A stretch of DNA of 64,000 nt from a virus. The position numbers were made by a program, and so were the translations under genes. The stretch is taken from UHGV virus genome UHGV-0214148. One strand, given 5' to 3'. Below, one piece after another: positions 58,100 through 64,000 of this stretch. The notes beneath the pieces were generated by a model that saw only the letters and a program-made list of their open reading frames with translations, was not told the origin of the DNA and did not search any database. Position 1 is the stretch's first letter. Every line of letters starts with the position of its first letter.

Positions 58100-58686
58100 T
58101 TTACTAACCCCGCCTTCACTACATAATCCGGCATTTCCCTGAACACACGTGCATACCAACCGTAAGCGAATTTTTCATTCTTCTTACGCTTTTCGGAGAT
58201 TTCTGTGTAGTAAGTTACCTGGTGTGAGATTAACGCAAAGATTAAAATGCCTAATCCCTCGCCTTTACGGTAATTCAGATAAGCATTCAGAGCACCTAGC
58301 GTTTTAGGCCCCATACCGCCGTCGGTGTCAATATCTGCGTAAAGTTTCCCTTCGTTATTTAAAACGTTGAGAATACGTTGTAACGATTTCACACAATTAA
58401 CGCGGCCAGAGTTAATAGCAAAATCAAACATCCGGTCGGCGAGTATCGGCGAGATAGCGAAAATCTCATCGAGTTTAAGTTTCTTCCACCAACCACGATC
58501 GTAAATGTCAAACGCTTGCGCACGGGTCAGATCTTTCATTCTTCCTTTGTACCCGTATTCGCGTGCAGTTGTCAGTGTTACCCCGTGACAGGTTTCCCCA
58601 CCTTTATCGTCAGGGTCGTTCACGTACCCGCCTTCTAAATCTGTTTTCGAAGCAATAATACCTTCTTTAGTCCAACGTTCGGCCAT
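58096..58686 (-). CDS. endolysin, glycoside hydrolase family 108-like with peptidoglycan-binding domain
   Basis: N-terminal LEGGYVNDPDDKGGETCHGVT matches the GH108 signature EGGY-NDP-D-GG-T; C-terminal half resembles PG_binding_3. Confidence 0.75.
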   Translation of the reverse strand: MAERWTKEGIIASKTDLEGGYVNDPDDKGGETCHGVTLTTAREYGYKGRMKDLTRAQAFDIYDRGWWKKLKLDEIFAISPILADRMFDFAINSGRVNCVKSLQRILNVLNNEGKLYADIDTDGGMGPKTLGALNAYLNYRKGEGLGILIFALISHQVTYYTEISEKRKKNEKFAYGWYARVFREMPDYVVKAGLVK

Positions 58687-58709
58687 TTTGTTTAACTCCT
58701 CTTTTACAC

Positions 58710-58745
58710 AAAAAAAGAAAAGAGGGTGGGATTACCCCACCCTGT
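58710..58745 (-). terminator. rho-independent terminator
   Basis: GGGTGGG-ATTA-CCCCACCC hairpin with a T-run on the minus strand after the 58758-59222 stop. Confidence 0.65.
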
Positions 58746-58757
58746 AGTTATTTCTTC

Positions 58758-59222
58758 TTAGCGAGATGGCTTGGCTGGCGCTGCGGCGACAGCCGGTTTA
58801 CGCGCAACGCGTACTGTAAAACCACCGACCCAGGTTAGGCACTCAGGACGGAAGAAAATACCGTGCTCGATTGCACTGCCGTCTAGCGGTAACGCACCAA
58901 CCTGCTCTACCCATACATCGTCTTCTGTAAGGGTTAAGCCATACTGCTCGTTAATTACAGGCAGCAAGTCCGCAGTCGTGGTTGCTGCCTCAACTAACAG
59001 TTTCGGCAATACGTTGAGGAAATACAAACCTGCATCAATGCGGTTATACTGGAACGTTTGCTTATTAACATAACCGAGATTCTTAACCGGCACAACCGTA
59101 ATTTCGGTGTTGTACGTACCGGTACTTACGACGGGCTCACCCAATGTGACTTTGGCGGTGTCGAGCTCGGCGTCTGGGTTAGCCTTTTTAATAAGGTCGA
59201 AGATAGTTTCTTGACTGGTCAT
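58758..59222 (-). CDS. hypothetical protein (possible structural)
   Basis: 154-aa ORF with Ala/Pro-rich C-terminus. Confidence 0.5.
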   Translation of the reverse strand: MTSQETIFDLIKKANPDAELDTAKVTLGEPVVSTGTYNTEITVVPVKNLGYVNKQTFQYNRIDAGLYFLNVLPKLLVEAATTTADLLPVINEQYGLTLTEDDVWVEQVGALPLDGSAIEHGIFFRPECLTWVGGFTVRVARKPAVAAAPAKPSR

Positions 59223-59235
59223 TACTGTAATCCTC

Positions 59236-60084
59236 TTAATCTAAGAATCCCGGTAAGACCGAATTAGTCTTGGCTAATTCAATCTTCGACTTCGGACGAT
59301 CGGTTCCGTTAAAGTGAATTAACAGTTTACCGGTCAGGTTAGAACACATACCGCTTAGGGCGAGTACCAGCACACGCGTGTACTTCGCATTTGCGCCTTC
59401 GAAACCTGCGGTAGGGCCATCGTAGATAACCTTAGCACCGAACAAGTTATTAGCAGCGTTCTTAGGTACGCTTACCCATTTCTCATCAACAACGTTAGTC
59501 AGTTTAGTAGCTAACTCTACTAAGTCTACGGTGCCGTTGATGGTAATTGGATCAAGGTAATCTTTTTCTGCGGTGAAGTCAATTGGGTAAGAATAAACCG
59601 CAGCGTTACCTTTCTTAGTGGACGGATACTCTACCAGGTTTTCTAATTGAGTAACAGGTAACAGTTTAGCCAGATCAATAGGGTCGCGTAGCGTGAGTGT
59701 CACCTCGCCACACCACTCGTAGGATTTCTCGTTAGCGGTAAGCTGATGGGTTTCACCTTCAACTTTCGCATCAACGATATCCGACGGTAGAATATTTAAA
59801 TCGTATTTTGCGTTGATTGCATTAAGCAAATCTGCAGCGGTTACAACACCGTCGTTACCGAATACCAACTCACCTGTTAGGTATTCGGGCAAATTACGAC
59901 GATGGTAAGTCACGGTTAAAGTAGTAGACTCATCGCCTTTGAGTTTAGAAGTCAGAACCACCTGGGTATCAACCCCAGTACCAGTAGGTTCGCCGATATC
60001 AACATCACTGAAAGTCAATGGCGGAACAATATTGTTTTCAGTGTTGATGAGTTTTAGCAGTTTCTGTTTTGACGTAAGAGACAT
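59236..60084 (-). CDS. hypothetical protein (possible structural)
   Basis: 282-aa ORF. Confidence 0.5.
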   Translation of the reverse strand: MSLTSKQKLLKLINTENNIVPPLTFSDVDIGEPTGTGVDTQVVLTSKLKGDESTTLTVTYHRRNLPEYLTGELVFGNDGVVTAADLLNAINAKYDLNILPSDIVDAKVEGETHQLTANEKSYEWCGEVTLTLRDPIDLAKLLPVTQLENLVEYPSTKKGNAAVYSYPIDFTAEKDYLDPITINGTVDLVELATKLTNVVDEKWVSVPKNAANNLFGAKVIYDGPTAGFEGANAKYTRVLVLALSGMCSNLTGKLLIHFNGTDRPKSKIELAKTNSVLPGFLD

Positions 60085-60251
60085 CGCGTTAACTCACAAT
60101 AAGTAAAAAGGTTTAAGAGGTCGTTTTACATCCCTCAGCCAGCATAGGAATAGTCGAGTAGAGGGTAAGCAAAGTAGTGTCAAAATAACAAAAAAAGAAA
60201 AGGGAAAGAAAATTAATTCCGCTATAGACCGAAGCCTATAGCGGAGTGAGA

Positions 60252-60683
60252 TTAACGAACGTTGTGTGCTAAGTACATCAGGGTACGGGTGTCGATATCA
60301 CGAGAAGTTTGTGACATCTGACTCAGTAGAGCGCTGGCAGTAGGGTCATTGTAAACGCGACTTAACCACTCGTCAACCATTTCTGGTACAGTGTCGACCA
60401 GAAGCGGATAGTTAAGATTTTCCAGCGTGTATTCAACGAATTCGTGCATCAGATTCTGGTCACGATGCATAGTGTCACCTAACTCACCTACAGGGTACTC
60501 TTCGCGAGGACGTTTGCCCCAGCTACAGATGTGCATGTAGTTAGTATTCACAATTTCCTGATATTCTTCTAACTTAACTAAATCGAAATCAGTATTTGGA
60601 CGACAGAAACCTGCTAAAACGCCCAGAGCAATAGGGTTGTTACGAATGTAGTTACGGATATCATCTTTTAATACGAAAAACAT
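60252..60683 (-). CDS. hypothetical protein, paralog of 61550-61978
   Basis: 143 aa; shares DIRNYIRNNP vs DLRDYIRKYP and VxEWxxRxxNDP with the paralog. Confidence 0.5.
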   Translation of the reverse strand: MFFVLKDDIRNYIRNNPIALGVLAGFCRPNTDFDLVKLEEYQEIVNTNYMHICSWGKRPREEYPVGELGDTMHRDQNLMHEFVEYTLENLNYPLLVDTVPEMVDEWLSRVYNDPTASALLSQMSQTSRDIDTRTLMYLAHNVR

Positions 60684-60759
60684 TTTAATACTCCTTTAGG
60701 TAAATACAATAATAGAGGGGTGGTTTACCACCCCTTAGATGAATCTAGAACGTCGTTAA

Positions 60760-61527
60760 TTAACGACGTTTTTGACAATTAGGACAATCGCAATCTTTGT
60801 TGTAAATATCAAAAATCTTTTCGAGAACCATGGCACGTGCTTTTTCGATATAAGAATCCGTTGAAACTATTCGCATAAAGTTCGTTAATGATTTGAAAAC
60901 CTCAACATCGTTGTCGATCAAAACGGTGAGCGTTTCACCTTTGTAAACGGATTGATGAATTTTCTCCTTGTGTTCGTGAACAGCCACACGCATGAGTTCA
61001 TCAGCGGTATCTTTTCCGATACCATGAATCGAAATAAGTCGAACAGCGTCGTTATCGATCAGCTTAACGATAGAACGAATATCTTCCATGAGGTTACGAT
61101 CGTCTTTCTTCAATCGAACGAGGAGCTTGCTGTTATCCCAGTAAATGCCTAAATCGTCGTGATAGAGGGTCTCTAACGCTTCTTTAATTTCCTTAATCTT
61201 CTTACCTTCGTACCAGAGGACGTGCGGTTCGTCTTTCTGCTGTTTTTCGGCCTCGGCTTTCGGTTGTTCAGTCTCGGTCGTTTCTACCCAGGCGTTCGTG
61301 GTACCTTCTGCTGGGTTGAGTAACTCACCGATTTCTTTCGCAATAGTGTCACAAAGATAATCGTTGCTGTGAGTCCAGTAGAACACGATGCTTTCATCAT
61401 TGAGTTGTTCTACACGGAAATGCACACCTTTATCCAGGAATATGCGATAAAGTTGATCGAGTAACTGTGCTTCAGGAACCGGACGGATTTCAGTTTTAAC
61501 GAGCGGGGTAATTTCGATACTAAACAT
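60760..61527 (-). CDS. hypothetical protein
   Basis: 255-aa ORF; C-terminal CDCPNCQKRR. Confidence 0.5.
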   Translation of the reverse strand: MFSIEITPLVKTEIRPVPEAQLLDQLYRIFLDKGVHFRVEQLNDESIVFYWTHSNDYLCDTIAKEIGELLNPAEGTTNAWVETTETEQPKAEAEKQQKDEPHVLWYEGKKIKEIKEALETLYHDDLGIYWDNSKLLVRLKKDDRNLMEDIRSIVKLIDNDAVRLISIHGIGKDTADELMRVAVHEHKEKIHQSVYKGETLTVLIDNDVEVFKSLTNFMRIVSTDSYIEKARAMVLEKIFDIYNKDCDCPNCQKRR

Positions 61528-61549
61528 GTCATTTTTTCCTTTTGGTAAA

Positions 61550-61978
61550 TTAACTGTAATTGTGCTTAAAGAACTCTAAAGCACGCTGGTCGTTTGTAAT
61601 CGCCGTTGTGGACATTCGTTTTAACGCCTGGCGACAGTAAGGGTCATTAAGAATACGTTGCTGCCAAGCATTGACTATTTCCGTCACTGTTTCCCCTTCT
61701 ACAGCAGTGTTAAGTTTATCGAGGCAGTGTCGGCCTAACAGAAACGCAACCGCATAATCTGTAAACATCTCTGTGCCGAAAGGACCATCAGGATAATCGC
61801 AACGTTTACGTACTGAGGTTGCGGTAATGGAGTTATATGCGGTTTTTATTATCTCGTGAAATTGTTCCACAGTTAAGACGTTAACGTCAGTACCTGAAAG
61901 CGTAAGTGATGCCAGTACAGGAATACTGGCTGGGTACTTACGGATATAATCACGCAAATCTGAATTGAGCGTCTTCAT
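61550..61978 (-). CDS. hypothetical protein, paralog of 60252-60683
   Basis: 142 aa; shared N-terminal and central motifs with 60252-60683. Confidence 0.5.
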   Translation of the reverse strand: MKTLNSDLRDYIRKYPASIPVLASLTLSGTDVNVLTVEQFHEIIKTAYNSITATSVRKRCDYPDGPFGTEMFTDYAVAFLLGRHCLDKLNTAVEGETVTEIVNAWQQRILNDPYCRQALKRMSTTAITNDQRALEFFKHNYS

Positions 61979-62726
61979 TCTTGAACCCCTTTGTTTTTAT
62001 CCAATATAAGCAATTTGTACCAACCTGAACTGGTTCGATCCTATCGAGTTCTTCCATCAAAGCCAGATAAGTCTGCCAAACGATTTGACGTTCGAGGAAA
62101 AATGATGTTGTGCCATTAGACCTAACACAAGCACGTACCAGGTGCTCGGTTTGTGAAAACTGTATATTAACGTTGTTCAGGACACGTTGAATAGTATCAG
62201 AATCGTAATGCGCGAAACGATCTTTGTGTACCAGAACCAACTCTATAGGCGTGGAATCGTCATTGACTGAAAAAGGTTCGTCAATACGAATAAGGTTATT
62301 CCGGTGAGGTACCCCATCATAACCGAGCGTATAAACATCCATACCTTCCCCTGGGTTACAGTCGAAATACTCCAGAAGTTTATCAGCGTTTTTCTCCGCC
62401 GAACGTTTAAAGTAAACAATATAAACGCCATGACTAACCTTCTCAACTTCGTATACTTTTTCGGAGAGTGCCCTGAAGATTGCCATGACGTTTAATCTTC
62501 CTTTGTCTTTAGCAACGTAACTTGCAACTAAACACGTTGCTTCACCACGAAGAACATCGTCAATGAACTCTTTTGCTCGTTTTAATTCATCCTCGTTAAA
62601 ACCACCGATAGTGAGCTCATTCCCACAAATCTGATAAGCAAGATGTGGAGTAACGTTTTTCAGGAAACTCGTAATGATGTGCGTGTATGCCCAAAGACTA
62701 CTATTCTTAAACTCGATAGTTTTCAT
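61950..62726 (-). CDS. hypothetical protein
   Basis: 258-aa ORF overlapping the downstream paralog gene by 29 bp. Confidence 0.5.
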   Translation of the reverse strand: MKTIEFKNSSLWAYTHIITSFLKNVTPHLAYQICGNELTIGGFNEDELKRAKEFIDDVLRGEATCLVASYVAKDKGRLNVMAIFRALSEKVYEVEKVSHGVYIVYFKRSAEKNADKLLEYFDCNPGEGMDVYTLGYDGVPHRNNLIRIDEPFSVNDDSTPIELVLVHKDRFAHYDSDTIQRVLNNVNIQFSQTEHLVRACVRSNGTTSFFLERQIVWQTYLALMEELDRIEPVQVGTNCLYWIKTKGFKNEDAQFRFA

Positions 62727-62793
62727 TTTATTTTCCTTTTGGTTTTACAAGTCGAAATAATAGGGTAAGGGAATCCCTTACCCTATAGCGTAA

Positions 62794-63300
62794 TTAAACG
62801 TTGAAGTTAAAACGTACGTCTAAGATATTGGATATAAGATTGAAAAGTTCAACTTTGGTAGCTAAACCGGCTCTTAAGTAAACGTCAAAGCTATCCTTAC
62901 GGAAACTAAATTTAACCGAACTACCTAGCTCCTTTCTGAATTCGTCATAAAGTTCGTACTTATCGACATCCGTTAAGTCTTTATCGAATTCTACCGTGAA
63001 GCGATATTTTTCTTTGGCTTCCATTCCTTTAGTGTAAACCGCACATTTAGCGGTGGTGGTACCGACGATTTCGCACACCATATTGAACATTTCCTCATCG
63101 GTACGTACTGCGGCGGTGTAACCAATATCGATGGAGTCTTTACGGAAACCCATAAAGAACAACGCACCGAAGTGTTTGCGGAAAGCTTTATACAGCGCAT
63201 CTTTTTCATCTTCGGTTAATACGTAGTCCAGTTCAACAGTAAACTTGTAATCTTCTTTAGAAACGAATTCTTTAGCATAATCAACTTTAGTGAAGTTCAT
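62794..63300 (-). CDS. hypothetical protein with internal tandem repeat
   Basis: 168 aa; two ~60-aa internal repeats (YKFTVELDYVLTEDEKDALYKAFRKHFG... and YRFTVEFDKDLTDVDKYELYDEFRKELG...). Preceded by leader repeat copy 2. Confidence 0.5.
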   Translation of the reverse strand: MNFTKVDYAKEFVSKEDYKFTVELDYVLTEDEKDALYKAFRKHFGALFFMGFRKDSIDIGYTAAVRTDEEMFNMVCEIVGTTTAKCAVYTKGMEAKEKYRFTVEFDKDLTDVDKYELYDEFRKELGSSVKFSFRKDSFDVYLRAGLATKVELFNLISNILDVRFNFNV

Positions 63301-63306
63301 GGTATA

Positions 63307-63383
63307 TTCTCCTAAAATGGTTTTTCGTTAAGTGAGAGCTTTTGTACCCTCACCTAAGTAATATATATCTGAAATTATTTTTA
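63307..63383 (-). repeat. conserved ~76-bp 5' leader cassette, copy 2
   Basis: Near-identical to 27058-27133 (one substitution in the hairpin arm, one extra T), directly upstream of the 62794-63300 start. Confidence 0.6.
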
Positions 63384-63686
63384 TTAAAACCCCGCAATAA
63401 AACTACCTAGCGAGACACGCTGTAGGTATTTTGGTTTGCGTGCCAGGTAACAGTTCTTAGGATTACCTATTGCCATCTGCGCAACTGCACGTTCTAAACG
63501 CGGTGCTTCTAAGATGGCGCGATAGTTCCCTTCGTAATGCATTAACCACGCACACTCTTCAACGAAACGTTTTGCTTCGCGATAATCTAACGTACGAATT
63601 AACTTCTTGCCCCGGTATTGTTTTACATCACCGTTTTGACAAAATACAATAGTTTCACGATTCATTGATAATCTCCCAGAATTCAC
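63384..63686 (-). CDS. hypothetical protein
   Basis: 100-aa ORF. Confidence 0.45.
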   Translation of the reverse strand: MNSGRLSMNRETIVFCQNGDVKQYRGKKLIRTLDYREAKRFVEECAWLMHYEGNYRAILEAPRLERAVAQMAIGNPKNCYLARKPKYLQRVSLGSFIAGF

Positions 63687-63792
63687 GTACTAAATTACTT
63701 TTATATCCTTCAACCTCGGCACGACAACCTTTTGAGATTTTCTCAAGCACTGTCAGCCCACCCTCTTTAGATAGCTTACCTTCGCAGATCAA

Positions 63793-63984
63793 TTAAGATA
63801 TTGCACAGAGCTTGTAATAAAGTTCCCATTGTTCGGTGATTGATTTCGACTGTACCTTGATCAGTTCATCTTGCGTAGCAATAAGTTTTTCGCTGATCTC
63901 ACAGACATCGCATTTCTTACGTTTAAAGAATTCGATTAGTTTAAAAACCACTGTTACCTCCTCTGGCAATCCAGGTCGCCACAC
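63793..63984 (-). CDS. hypothetical protein (start possibly beyond window or at GTG)
   Basis: 63-aa ORF at the window edge with a Cys pair (CDVCE); uncertain. Confidence 0.3.
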   Translation of the reverse strand: MWRPGLPEEVTVVFKLIEFFKRKKCDVCEISEKLIATQDELIKVQSKSITEQWELYYKLCAIS

Positions 63985-64000
63985 GCATATGGGCGTCTTG

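Noticed and set aside
27058-63383. CRISPR array or mobile-element terminal repeats as an explanation for the repeated 76-bp and 21-bp elements
   Set aside because: Only two or three copies, tens of kilobases apart, not regularly spaced, no adjacent cas or transposase genes; each sits in a gene 5' leader position.
1-64000. Prophage or integrative element interpretation
   Set aside because: No integrase, recombinase, transposase, att-like direct repeats or flanking bacterial housekeeping genes in the window; the gene content looks like a virulent phage genome interior.

Overview
This window reads as a densely packed, largely uncharacterised segment of a large virulent tailed phage genome, not bacterial chromosome. 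It has about 75 closely spaced or overlapping ORFs in long same-strand blocks (minus 325-12960; plus 12986-14986; minus 15028-31112; plus 34297-54886; minus 54954-63984), strong Shine-Dalgarno sites of the form CTAAAGGAG, and a GC-hairpin plus T-run terminator after nearly every transcription unit. No integrase, transposase, tRNA, rRNA or CRISPR array was recognised. Calls supported by motifs I can read directly: RNase HI-domain fusion protein (9650-11170), DEDDh 3'-5' exonuclease (11173-11907), Rad50/SbcC-like ATPase (20640-23144), possible UvsX/RecA-like recombinase (2031-3527), GNAT acetyltransferase, possible macro-domain protein, lytic transglycosylase, GH108 endolysin, M15-like peptidase, a DUF1353-like protein, and a leaderless DUF1471 (BhsA/YdgH-like) protein that hints at an enterobacterial host. 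A plus-strand block carries four large fiber-like proteins (1440, 1394, 1728 and 401 aa) sharing an N-terminal domain pattern. The main finding sits immediately downstream (49400-54886): three tandem paralogous peptides with a conserved ~48-aa leader and Gly/Ser/Thr-rich cores carrying Cys roughly every fourth residue (~21, ~20 and 4 Cys), followed by two radical-SAM enzymes (CxxxCxxC, the second with a canonical SPASM motif) and three unknown ORFs. I interpret this as a phage-encoded ranthipeptide/sactipeptide-like RiPP maturation system. All functional calls are motif-level inferences made without database searches, and start codons are approximate.
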